The notes beneath the pieces were generated by a model. The model had not been told where the DNA came from. It made no database searches and saw only the letters and a program-made list of their open reading frames with translations. This document shows positions 37,488 through 50,398 of a stretch of 64,000 bases of DNA, piece after piece. The position numbers and the translations under genes are program-made. Location: NCBI RefSeq assembly GCF_006345805.1, contig NC_042998.1:129332001-129396000 (forward strand). The letters run 5' to 3'. Positions within the stretch are counted from its first letter, which is position 1; each line of letters opens with the position of its first letter. The stretch comes from Octopus sinensis. Lineage: Eukaryota.

Positions 37488-39375
37488 ATAGATGTTGTAC
37501 AGATATGGAGACAGAACACATCCTTGTCGGACACCCCTCTCAATGCCGAACCACTGAGTGTCACCGACGGACGTCCTAACAGATGACTGTTGATCTTGAT
37601 ATAGTCGCGCCAACAATGCGACTAAGTGTTCAGGAAATCCCATTTCCTTTATGACGTCCCACAGCTTGCTGTGTCTCACACAGTCGAAGGCCTTGGAGTA
37701 GTCGATGAAACACACGTAAAGTGGGATGTTACATTCCTTAAACTTCTCGATCATCATCCTGATGTTGACTATCTTTTTCCTTGTTCCTCTGCCCTTGACG
37801 AAGCCAGCTTGTTCCTCAGCGATGACACAGCTATATTTCCGCTGCAGTCTACCTACGATTATTCGCAGCAGAATCTTGCTTGCGTAGACAATAAGGCTGA
37901 TGGTTCGGTCGTTAGAGCACTCGCGTGGGTTACCTTTCTTTGGTATTGGTACAAAGACTTCACGACACCAGTCGATCGGCCACTCCACGTCGCTCCAGAT
38001 CTTGACACACAGTCTCCACAACAGTTCTATTCCAATATCTCCCGTCGCCTTCCATACCTCGATGGGAAGTTAATCCACGACAGGGCTCTTCCCGTTCTTG
38101 GTATAGTACAGCGCCTGCCACACTTCTTCTTTGAGTAGTTCCGGTTCTCTGTCTTCAGCTACAGCGAGTGCAGCAGGGAGATCTTCCTGCTCCTTCTGTA
38201 CAAATCGGTGCTGCATTCCCTCCACCTAGCTTTGATTTTCTCTTCCTTTGTAAGGATGTTACCTTCTTTATCGTTGATGACGTCACTACATGGAGTTCAC
38301 TTCCTCTTTCTACTCAATTCCTTCACCAAACGAAAAACAGACTCGATGTCACCTTTCTGTGACGCATATTCCGCCTCCAGACATATCTGGTCCAGATGGT
38401 TCCTCTTGTCCTCTAGTGCCTGTCTGTTGTAATGCTTGTCAAGTTCTCTCCATTCCTGATGGTTACCACTTGCTTTTGATTTCCTCCTTCTTCTTGCCAC
38501 GTCTAGTGTGTAGTCTGATAGCCACGGACTCTGGAGAGTCCGTCTTTTGGGAATATTCCTCTCCGCAACTTCCTTTGTGATGTTGACCATTTTCTCCCAG
38601 AGTGCATTTGATCTCTACTCTCCGATATCGTATGATTGGAGAATCGGTAGAAATCGGCTCTGCATCTCGACACTGAAAGCCTCCGGTATCTTTGTGATGT
38701 CGTACCGTGTTGTTTTCGTCTGTTTTCGCCGTGACCTCATCCGGATCTTAATCATTGCACACAGCAGTTGATGATCGCTTCCGCAGTCTGCCCCTGGTCG
38801 TGTCCTTACATTCTTGAATACCGACTTCCATCGTCCTTGAATCATGTTGTAGTCAATCTGGTTTCGAAACCGGTCTCCTGGGCTGGTCCAAGTGTACAAG
38901 CTTCTCGGGTGATGCTGGAAGATGGTGTTACCGATGACTAGGTTGTTGGTGATACAAAGGTCAACCAGATCCTGTCCTCTTTCATTCCTCTCCCCCAACC
39001 CGTGTTGGCCCACACTCGAACTGCTAGTAATGATATTCCCCACCACGGCGTTCCAATCTCATCGTAAACCTGGATGAGTGTAGTGTTTAGAAGGTGACCC
39101 CTCAGCCATATGGTGACGATTCTGTCATTAACAGGATCGTATCCCACGACTGATGGAGTCATCTTTCTGGACGTCACAAAACCCACTCTATCACGTTGAC
39201 TGGTCTCTCTTCCTGAGAAGAAGATCGTGTCTCCACTCTGTGCTGTGAATCTTCCCTGACCGTTCCGCTAGTGCTCCGACAGCCCTAGGACACCCACTCC
39301 GCATTTCTTCATCTCAGATGTTATCACGTTTAGCTTCCCGTGATAAGTCCTCAAATATTCCGTGTGGCAATGATC
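37488..39375 (-). mobile_element. RTE (BovB-like) LINE: AP endonuclease plus N-terminal half of reverse transcriptase
   Basis: APE motifs (GLSEH, YTWTSPGDRFRNQIDY, GADCGSDHQLL) and RT motifs (PIPKKG, RTISL, EEQAGF, FIDYSKAFD, GVRQGCVLSPYLYNIY). Several stops and frameshifts. Ends before the YADD motif. Confidence 0.95.
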
Positions 39376-39499
39376 CACTCCTTACCTAGGTGAATACCCC
39401 TATTTTTCACACTAGGACTGTCGGGAGGGAGGTGTCCAGTATTTGGGTTTAACCCACCTCCGTCATCACTTGGTTGACCAGATGTACATGGAGAAGCAT

Positions 39500-40029
39500 A
39501 AACCTCTTCCGCAGTGGCATTTGACAAATCTTCAGGCCCGAGGGCTCACCTTCCAATGTTCAAGGGAAGGTTGGACAGGGCCACCTGTGCCAACTTCTTC
39601 AATAACACGGTTCTACCTGCAATGTAGAATATGGTAGTGAAACATGGGCTACAACAAAGAGAGAAAAGTGATTGGTAACGGCTCAAAGAGCCATGGAGAG
39701 GTCTATGCTTGGATTTTCGTTGGAGAGCATATCAGAGAGAAGTCCGGCGTGAGGGATGTCATCGTAGAATATACACGCAGCAAGTTCAGATGGGCTGGAG
39801 ACATCGCCCGGCTCACCGATAATCGATGGACCCGTGCAGTTGTCGATTGGTTCCCGCGCGAGCGGTAACGGCCACTCAGAAAGCATCCACGACGGTGGAG
39901 TTACGACTTCAGGAGGGCGATCGGGATCACGTGGATAAGAAAGGCGTGATCCAGAGAAGAGTGGACAGCGTGCTGTGACCAGCGGTGTCAAATGGACGCC
40001 CGACGAACTGGTCGGTCAACGTGATCAAG

Positions 40030-40033
<4 letters not shown>
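39500..40033 (+). mobile_element. 3' end of a second RTE-clade LINE
   Basis: YGSETW, AQRAMERSMLG, SKFRWAGDIARLTDNRWTRAVVDWFPRER..., followed by (TA)n. Confidence 0.85.
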
Positions 40034-40089
<56 letters not shown>

Positions 40090-40139
40090 GTGCCTCAACA
40101 TAGCCGCAGTGAAATGACTGAATAATTTTGGATAATCGT

Positions 40140-40180
40140 TTATTAGCAATTTCGTCCGTTCATGAGGACTCTTCAGATAA
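40140..40180 (-). ncRNA. Type I hammerhead-like motif with an intact core and stem II
   Basis: UUAU CUGAAGA GUCC-UCAUGAAC-GGAC GAAA UUG CUA AUAA. Stems I and II are perfect, stem III is imperfect (U.C at 15.2/16.2). Confidence 0.45.
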
Positions 40181-40299
40181 GTTTTACAGAAAATTTCTGT
40201 GCCCTCTTTACGGATTGAAAAAAGATGTTCTAGTATATATATATATATATATTATATATATATATATATATTAGTACTCAAATTGAGAGTATATATATA

Positions 40300-40374
<75 letters not shown>

Positions 40375-40748
40375 TAGCAATGTATATACAAACAAACACA
40401 ATATCTGTGTACATTTCCAGTGGAGAAGCCATGGAGAAAATTAGATTCATATTTATACTGAAATTTGTCAACTAGAATACATGTAAAGTTATTTAAGCCG
40501 TTTATTTTAAATAACTTTTCTCTTTTTCTATCTGAAGATCAGAAATTTCAACAGAGATTCCACGGAAGAATGCTACATTGGAAAATTGAATATTTTTATT
40601 AGAGTGGATGTGTATACCACTTTTATATATATTTGCCTATTTTACACATGTGAATATATATATTTCTTGACTGGTGATGGATGTCATTGTTATTGTATTC
40701 AACTTAGACATACATATACATAGAAGGATATATACGTGTACATAGTCA

Positions 40749-40796
<48 letters not shown>

Positions 40797-42041
40797 CACA
40801 CACATATATATATATACACATATATACATACATATATATACATATATATATATATATATAGGCATATATATATACTATATATATTATATATATAAATATA
40901 CGTGCACTATATATGTGTACTCTTATAAATAAACAAACAATACTTCACATATCTATCTATCTTTCAATCTCTTTAGCTTATATTATCTCTCAGTGTACAT
41001 ACATATACACATATACACACACACGTATGTATGCACGTATGTATGTATGTATGTATGTATGTATGAATGAATGTGTATATGTATGTACATAAAGAATGCG
41101 AGAGACTGTTTATATAGAGACAGAGCAATATAAGTAAACAAGAGATTTCCATCACTGATGCTATAAATGTATTTTCTAATCATATACTGCTGCAGGTAAA
41201 CAACAGCAACGATAATAACAATATCAGTATCCCCACCACCCTCGCCAGCAGCAACAGTAGCATCCTCACCACCCCCGTCGATAGCAACAACAACAACAGC
41301 AGCAACTGTAGTAGCAATAGTAGCAACATGTACCAAGAGAATGAGAAATATGGAAATAAAATCACAGAAACTAACAATAAAACTGAATCGAAAAAATTTT
41401 TTATCCATACTAAATAAATAAAATTCCCGCTGAGGATGACGACTAAGTGTAGGAGAAAAGAAAAAGAAAAAACTAAAATAAGGTGGTATGGTAATGGTAA
41501 TGGTGGGGATGACGGGGTGGGGGGCGGCGGAAAGATGAGCAAGAAAAAGCTAACAAATCAAGAATATAAACAATATGGAGTTAAACGAAATAAGACAGAA
41601 AAGCAAAAAGGAAAATGCATACCTATTAGGTTAGAGTAGATGTATGAGAAAATAGCTGCTAATTAAAGTAATAACAATAATTTAGTGATAGATATATGAT
41701 GATGAAACAAATAACAATGGCGACATTAATGATAATAATAAGCGTGATGGTGGTTATGTTTACCTGCTTAAATAAGCACGATTATAATATAAGCGAGCGG
41801 CATATATTTCCAGCATGCATTATTGTAGAATATACAAAGATAATAATTACAGAAGGATTAGCATAAGAAACTGCAAAAACTCAAGCTCTTCCATCTAGAA
41901 ACTAAAAACTGGAATGATTTGGAACAAAACACAGGGGCGGTAAAATAGAAAAAAATATGGTTAATATAACTCTATGGTAATAAAAATATATTTCAAGTAA
42001 ACAAAAGAGAGTCAAAGCAAATATAGTATGATATAATAATA

Positions 42042-42109
<68 letters not shown>

Positions 42110-42330
42110 TGTAATGTATATGTATACTCTTTTCAATCTATGGATGATATTATCTAAAATTTTTGCACATAAATTAACAGAAAAACTTGAAACAAGAAAA
42201 TTATTTCCTGTTCTGTTGTGTGTGTGTGATTATGAATTTTGATTCGAATCCACACGGTTTCCAGTCCGATTCCATTGCCTAGTATTTTGAGGGAAAATGT
42301 TCTATAATGGATCTGCTGTAATGTAAGTAA

Positions 42331-42401
<71 letters not shown>

Positions 42402-42407
<6 letters not shown>

Positions 42408-43276
42408 CTAAATGGAGGCAATATGAGCGGAAAACTAGAGGAATATGACCTATTATCCAATAGAATATTCAGTATATATGTGTACTTTCTTCGAAATTAA
42501 TAAATGAATATAAAGTTCGAAATAATATTAGTATTAAAAACATACAAGTATATAAACATAAAAGTATTTAATATTTAAAAAACACGCAAATATTTAAAAA
42601 ATACGTAGGCATTTAAAAAATATATAAACACATAAATAGATACATAGATAGATACATACTAGATATAAAAAAAAACGTCAAAATGATATAAAATAAAAAC
42701 TCGTAGATAATATGATAATATCTGATACGTCTCCGAAACGGCCCCTAGAAGAAACTATTGGATCCATTGAACATTATCTTCGTATATTAGTATGTCCTTT
42801 TAATGTTTCATAATTTCAAACTTTCCACTGGACTCCGTGTTGTAACTGGCAATTTTTTTATTCCTTTGTATCTTATGGTGTGAATTAATAATTCACTATG
42901 TTATATTATTTTATATTATATTATATTGATGTTTTCTATTTTGCCTGCGTATTTATTTACATTTATGAGTATTTTTAAATATTTTAAAATACCTACGAGT
43001 TTTTATCTTATATCATATCGACGTTTATTTTTCATATTTAGTATGTATCTATTTATGTGTTTATATATTTTTAAAATGTCTACGCATTTTTAAATATTTG
43101 CGTGTTTTTAAATATTAGATATTTATATGCTTGTATGTTTTTAATACTAATATTATTTCGAACTTTATATTGATTTATTAATGTTAAAGAAAGTACACAT
43201 ATATACTGAATATTCTATTGGATAATAGATCATGTTCCTCTAGATTTCCGTCCATATTGCCTCCATTCAAATTATA
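42402..43276. repeat. Long AT-rich fold-back element
   Basis: Arms 42402-42706 and 42993-43276 are reverse complements (aatggaggcaatatg / catattgcctccatt at the ends), with an approximately 286-bp spacer. Confidence 0.9.
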
Positions 43277-43386
43277 AATTGGAACTTAGCTCAATTTGTG
43301 GACTTCTATTCTAGCCTGTTTCTGAGTATTGTTAATGTTAAGAATCTCTATATAAAATAGTATAATTTATATATATATATATATAT

Positions 43387-43597
43387 ATATATTATACTAA
43401 GGAGCCAGTTGTCCCCCTTGTCACATGTTGCTTCCCTTGGTTCACTCTCTAGACTCATATGTTTCAAACATCCAAAATGACGAGACCCCTCTGTCACGAG
43501 AATTGATTATTGTACAATGTCCCTTGAAAAGCTAAATTAAATAGCGAAAACCGGCTGGGTTTCATGACATCCATATATGTATATATTTATTATAAGA
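43387..43597 (-). mobile_element. Possible short Helitron-like element
   Basis: Minus strand starts A|TCTTATAATAAATAT and ends TTAG|T in TA-rich DNA. No convincing 3' hairpin. Confidence 0.25.
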
Positions 43598-44159
43598 TAT
43601 TAAACTGTATGAAACGAAGGTATTTCTTTTCCACTTTTTATTTTTTTCCTATATATATATTCAACCTATATATATATATATATATATACATGCATAATCC
43701 CTTATCACATCTCCAACCTACTTAAACGGTATGCACTCTCTTTATTTGTTTGCCGATATACCTACAGATATATCTACGTAAATTCACGTACTAAGCAAAG
43801 TCACAATTCTATACATAGCTGAAGCATTCTTGATTCAGACTATTTTGAATTCTGCAAAGAAGCGAAATTAATCTCCGTGAATATGAAGTACTCATGTGTA
43901 CATACATATAGATATTAGGAAGCCTGCTGATGTGATAGATATACGAATGCGAACTCATTTCTTCTATTTTTCGATGCGCAGAATATAGCGAGCAGTAACC
44001 TGCCGTACGAATCACGATTAGGTCATCGCTTTTCAGAGAAGACATATTCTGTTTCCTTCACCAATACACAGTAAAGACTATTCAGCCACTATAACAAACA
44101 TTCATAATTTAGGTTACCATCATTATTGATTAATTGGTATATTTGTATTCTTAGTGTGA

Positions 44160-44450
44160 ATGTGCGGGGCATAGTAGTAAGGGATATTCGGCTCATGATC
44201 GGAAGGTCTTCAGTTCGATTCCTAGGGTCGCGTTTTGTCCTTGAGCAAATCACTTTATTTCACGTTGCTTCAGTCCATTCAGCCGACAAAAATGAATTTA
44301 CCTGTAATTCAAAGAGCTAGGCATGTCGCATTCTGTGTCACACTGAATCTCAATGAGAACTACATAAAGGATGCGCGTGTACGTTAATTTCATGAACAGG
44401 TTGTTCCGCTGATCGGATCAACTGGCGCGCTAGTTGTCTTAACCGACGAC
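44160..44450 (+). mobile_element. tRNA-derived SINE with CORE-like body (family D) sharing its 3' tail with family C
   Basis: B box CAGTTCGATTCC and CORE-like GTCCTTGAGCAAATCACTT. The tail gttaatttca...gatcggatcaactgg...taaccgacg matches the reverse complement of 51601-51700. Confidence 0.7.
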
Positions 44451-44504
44451 CTTGTATTCTTGACGATTCGGTATTCATTAATTAATCAATTTATATTTTG
44501 GCGT

Positions 44505-44875
44505 AGGCGTGGGTGTGTGGTAAGAAGCTTGCCTCCCAACCACATGGTTCTGGGTTCAGTCTCACTGCGTCGCACCTTGAGCAAGTGTTTTCTACTATTG
44601 CCTCGGGCCGACCAAAGCCTTGTAAGTGGATTTGGCAGACGGATATATATATATATATATATCTTTTTGTCAGTGTTGGTACCCTCTCCATCGCTTGATA
44701 ACCGTTGCTGGTTAGTTTATGTCACCGAAACTTTGCGTTTCGGCAAAAGTGACTGATAGAATAAGTACTAGACTTACATAAAATAAGTCCTGGGATCGAT
44801 TTGTTCTACTAAAGGCGGTGCTCTAGCATGGCAACAGGCAAATGACTGAAACGTGTAGAAGAGTAAAATAGTAAT
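44505..44875 (+). mobile_element. Near full-length SINE family B (CORE-like)
   Basis: A and B boxes, CCTTGAGCAAGTGTTTTCTACT core, internal (TA)n, tail GGCGGTGCTCTAGCATGG...GACTGAAAC...GAGTAAAA. Confidence 0.85.
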
Positions 44876-46034
44876 ATAGTGTAAGTCAGAAGAACTCAAA
44901 TAAAATGAAATATGATGAGATCTGACTCTGAGGAAAGCATACCAATGTAAGAATATTTCTTCTATGTTGCCTCTTTATGTGCAGAAAAGAGGAGGTGTTT
45001 TCCGGCAGAACGTTTCACGGTTTTTCGCTGCTCCTCACAGAAGGCATACTCACTTTCCTTCCTCGACCAATAGCGTAGTGTATTTAGATATTTTCTAAAA
45101 AAATTAGGATATTACCATAGCAAACAGCTTAGCTTGCATTTTTGTGGATTTCATGAGTCGTAATTAATTAAACAATATATATTTTAACTAAAACGACGTA
45201 AAGATAAAAATGACTAATAAATGAAGCAAATTTTCAATTCGTCGAATTATATAATCTATAACAATATTCACCCTCCAATTTGTTTTTGCACATCTTTTTT
45301 CTATTTCCTGCCATTTGTTTGTAAGTGATAGAACTTTAAAAACGATCAATTAAGTTTCTTGCGTGATTATATAACTGTATTTAAGCAGGAAAATTGAAAT
45401 TTTTCTGAAACTATTTCCTGCATGAGATTATTCGTGTTGTCTTTAAGAATTGCTAATAATTGCAAATATGTTCTTGGTCTTTTTTTGTTTTCCTCAAACT
45501 AAAAGATAAATTTCATTACATTGAAACATTTTGCGGACGTCATTCAGTGCATCATCACCTAACTGGACAATATGCTTACGCTGATGGTTTATCTTTCTTG
45601 TTGTATTTCCAAGAAATTGTCCGAGCGTCTATTTCTCTCTCTCACTTCTATATCTTCCTTTTGTCTATTTCCTTTTCAATAGTGTCTGTTTCCTTTCGCA
45701 TATTGTATTCTCTCCATCTCTGTCATCTCTTCCTTCTCGCCTCTCCAAGTTTTCTTGAAAATCCACTCTGTCGCCGGTTACTTCTACAGCAACGACTATT
45801 TTCCTGAAGTTCTTATTAGTTAATAACATATCATAAAGTTATAAAGGTTGACAACTACAGTTTGTAGGTCATTGATACAACGCATTGACAGTGACACGGT
45901 ACGAACCGCTCGCTACACATCTGGTTGTTCGGTACCCTAGCAGTTTAACTATCTGTACGCTTGACTCAACATATACCGAATTCTAATCACATCTTTCTTT
46001 ATTCGCTTCTCATAGAAAGAAAGTAAGAAAGGAA

Positions 46035-46074
<40 letters not shown>

Positions 46075-48209
46075 AAGAAGAAAGGAAACAGAGGGCATGT
46101 TGCCAATTTGAAAACTAATTATTATTGAGTTGTGTGACTTCTTGCGAATAAACATTTTTGGCGAACTAAATATCTATTCATAATTGGGAATTATTCATGT
46201 TTCTCTTTCTAATTGGGGACTTCACATCTCTTATGTCGATATTATCGTGAAGAAAAGTATGAACATATAGATTTCCTTTTATCTTCCTCTAAACGAATAC
46301 CAAAACCAAAATAATCATCAACATGATCAGCGGACCGATAACAAAATACAACTGCTACTACTATTACTGCTACCCCTAACAATAATTGACATCAACAACA
46401 ATGTTGTTATAATAAGCAGTATTATGAGTTCAGCCAGGGCATTACGAGCAGAAGAGTGACAGAAAAAGTAGCAAGCCCAACTTAAGAAGTAGTAATAATT
46501 TTATGTGCTGAGTTTAAGTTTTGCTGAAATAGTTATACAAAATAAGCAATAGTCATGTCAGCAGATTGGTTAATTGGACGTTTACTTTAGTTATAAATGT
46601 ATAGATTTGTGGGTTGAAGCAATATAAATAGCATTAGAGCGGCGAGCTCATAGATACGATACTATGATAACCAAAGTCACGTACAGTTTGTTTTTTCATT
46701 TAATCCCTCTTCGACATATGTTGAAATCGTTTCAGGGTCGATCAACTCAGTCCTTCGTTATTCGTTTAGTTGTGAAGTTAATAACATAAATGTGCCTCGA
46801 TCAAGTCAATGTATTAAAGCCTTCATGCATATCGGTCTTGTATGGAAACGAAAAGAGTTACTATCAGAGGGGAGAGCATTCGTAACACTGAACTATACAT
46901 ACATGTATGCATACACACATACATACATGCAAATGTACATACACACACATATACATGGGACAAAACATACAAGTCTGCACATATACATAAATATACAAAT
47001 CCGCACATATACACACATGCAAAAATACCCAGTTGTTGGTGTTGAAATTCTAATGAAGGAGCCTTCGATCTAAGTTAGAAACCAATTCTTTCTCTATTGG
47101 CAAGAAATCTTGAAATAAAACTGAATAATGAAATACATACGTACATAAAGTTGATGATTTCCACTACTATGCACCGTCCTGTTCGTTTTACTTCTTAGCA
47201 CGCTTGTATATATGGGTGCACGCACTCATGTATAATATGTATATTTCATATACGTGCTAATGTTGGTGTAATACCTTTTACATGACAAACGAGATTATGA
47301 AATAGCTATAAACAAATAGAATTTTATTCTATTTTCTCACCTCATTTATGTGTGTGCGTGTATGTGTGTCTTGTGTGTGTGAAATATTTCAATTGGCAAT
47401 ACAGTTTTAAATAATAATTAAGATATCCATTGGAAGACGGTGGATGTCGATTTATGCCAAACGAGATGGTGTTCACCGTTTTCTCTGTCCAAAAATTATT
47501 TTGTTCAACCCAATTTATTATGATCTAGCATTTAAAACTATATTCCTTCGAAGTATTCGCAAAATGACTTGTTTCCACACTTCCAAAAATTAAAATTTAA
47601 ATGTATATGTACTTACATATACACTCATAAATACACACGTATAAGCATACACGAACACACAGATATATATACGTAAAACGATGATAAAATCATTATAAAG
47701 CAGGAAGGGGCGCGCGTATTGTATTTTACCACAAGACAGTACTTATCAAACTGTGAGCTCCATTACTAGCGCTCATGCCTTCTAAGTATTGGGGTGTTAT
47801 ACTACACTTGAGAATATGCACAACGGTCGATTGTGCTACAACACAATAGATAAAAGTTTTTGATTAACGTTTCGAATTCACCGACTTCGTCGTTAGCCTC
47901 CTATATCTGTGAAATCTCATACGGGAGTAATACGGAGACGATACTCTCGATTCAATCGAGTATATTAGTCCTCAGTATAGTTAAGATATCTGACACATAT
48001 ACTCATCTTATTACATGTATATTCAGATAGATTGCATAAATTGCATATATACATATACAAAATTAAATACATACACACGTATATATATATATATATATAT
48101 ATATCTGTTTAGTGTGTGCGCGCGCAAGATGTATTCCGGCAAGATCTATTTTTTTTTAATGTGAATATGAAAGAAAATCGCGTTCCAGGAATTTATGTAT
48201 TCGTTGGAA

Positions 48210-48620
48210 GTTCTCAATTGTTTTAATAGATTCATATTTTACAGGCGAATGCACTGAATATTTTTTTAGATCCGTTAATATAGGATCTGGATTTAGAAAG
48301 AATTTTCAACATGATTTCGAAATTGGTTCCTTCGTCTTTAAGATTCCAGATTAAAGTTGAAAGGGTTGTTGAATGTCTCTTATGATGGTACCTATAATTC
48401 GGAAGATTGTTATTATATCTAGATTTAAATTTTCCTTCCACGGCTCCGATATCACGTTTTATATTTGTATGACCATTGTCGCACTCTTGTCCCAGAATTG
48501 TCCATTGCTTAATATTAGCACAAGAAAATGTACCTTTTATTGTATATGTTAAACGCTATCTGCTCAAAAGACAACTGACAATCAGTTTTACTTCGGCGAA
48601 ATAAATTATTATTTCTACCA
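48210..48620 (-). mobile_element. Penelope-like element GIY-YIG fragment
   Basis: EGKFKSRYNN...KRHSTTLSTLIWNLKDEGTNFEI..KILSKSRSYINGSKK. Confidence 0.85.
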
Positions 48621-48775
48621 GGAAAACCTGGGTAGCTATAAATGCAAGATTTATGGTTTTTGATTTAAGATTATCTTTACGCTTTTAGCTGATTGAGTGC
48701 TTTTCTACTTATATATTTCCATATATTATATATTTACATAAATTATACAGTTACGCACACACACACACACACACA

Positions 48776-48875
<100 letters not shown>

Positions 48876-48939
48876 ACACACACATACATATACATGTATT
48901 TTTATACACAAACGTATATTCTTTCCTTTATTCTTTTAA

Positions 48940-49625
48940 ATGTTTTAGCCCTAAGTCTGTGGTCATGAGGGAACACCACCAGGGTAACGACCTTTTCAAT
49001 GGCCAAATTTATGTGATTGTCTTCTTGTGAAGGAAAAGGAATGCGATACCGCTGCCCTCATTTGAATCTTCTGTCTTGATATTGGTTCATCTGGAACCTT
49101 GGATAACGGGAGATCAAGTTGTTTCTAGAAAACGTTTACGCCTACTCCATGAAGATCCCTCATATATGGTCCTCACTCTAGATGAGATAGCTGGAGCCTT
49201 TCGGACAGTGCTGTGACGTCCAGTTCAGGAGCTGGTATAGCTCTCGATAAAGTTTGGTACCAGTCCCTCTAGGTCTTCCATACATATATTACTGCATATC
49301 CCTCCAGTCTTCGCTCTTGGGAGTAGATTCGTAACTCCTTTAGTCTCTCTCAGTAGCTCAGCTGCTCCACTGATTAATCTTCCTGGTGTATCACTATTGA
49401 ACTGCCTCAAGTTTTGCTATCAACTTGACGCTGTGGAATGACCACAATTGAGAGTAGTAATCCTGGCGGCTGAGTAAAAATGTCCTCCATGGAACCAGCA
49501 TAGTTTCCTGGTCCCTTGTTTTGAATGTTCTCAGAATCCATCCAGCCATACGCCTACACGCTGCTACCAACTTGGTGATATGTATTTGAAAGGAAGTATT
49601 GTTGCTCATATCAATTTCTATATCA
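48940..49625 (-). mobile_element. CR1/L2-group LINE 3' end (post-RT region and 3' UTR)
   Basis: FQIHITKLVAACRRMAGWILRTFKTRDQETML...DYYSQLWS...KLEAVQ and EGLVPNF, decayed. Confidence 0.8.
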
Positions 49626-49837
49626 GACACAGTACACACACATGCACACACAGACACACATAGAGTCACACACACATGTATGCATGTATACATGTATACA
49701 TGTATACATATACATACACGCATAAATACAAATACACACATATTTAAGTATACATGGTGATAAAGATACGATATCTTGCAGTATTTCCTTCTGGACCGAT
49801 ATTTACTTTTCGTTCGTCTAGTACCGATAAGAATATT

Positions 49838-50246
49838 CTTTTCTACTCTAGGCACAAGGCCCAAAATGTTTGGGGAGAGGCCAGTCGATTAGATTAACGT
49901 CAGTATGCAACTGGTACTTAATTTATCGACACCCGAAACGATGAAAGGCAAAGTCGACCTCGGCGGAATTTGAACTCAGAACGTAAAGACAGTCGAAATA
50001 TCGTTTGGCATTTCTCCCGGTGCGCTAACATTTCTTTTCTACTCTTGGCACAAGGGCCGAACTTTTTGGGAAGGGGGCCAGCCAATTAGATTGACCTCAG
50101 TACGCAACTGGTACTTAATTTATCGACCCCGAAAAGATGAAAGGCAAAGTCGACTACGGCAGAATTTGATCTGAGAATGTAAAGACAGATGAAATACCGC
50201 TAAGAATTTCGTCCGGTGTGCTAACGTCTCTGCCAGCTCGCTTCCT
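49838..50246 (-). mobile_element. SINE family A dimer bounded by a 19-bp target-site duplication
   Basis: tagtaccgataagaatatt occurs at 49819-49837 and 50247-50265. The second monomer starts at GAAATGTTAG (junction 50034/5). Confidence 0.9.
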
Positions 50247-50398
50247 TAGTACCGATAAGAATATTATTAATCCAAGCAGATAGATACGGCATATTGTTAG
50301 CGCGACTGACAATATGTCTTGTTGTGTCTGTTCCTACCTTCGGATTGCAAGTTCAAATTCCATCTGTTACAAGCTGTTTCCTCTTACTGGTAAATAGA

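Noticed and set aside
42720-42750. CTGATAC...CCGAAACGG in the fold-back spacer
   Set aside because: The core is not CUGANGA or a compensatory variant, and there is no NUH with stem I.
47862-47898. Degenerate HHR-like motif 3' of the 48.2-48.6 kb PLE (minus strand)
   Set aside because: The position is suggestive, but the core reads ACGACGA and stem I is mismatched.
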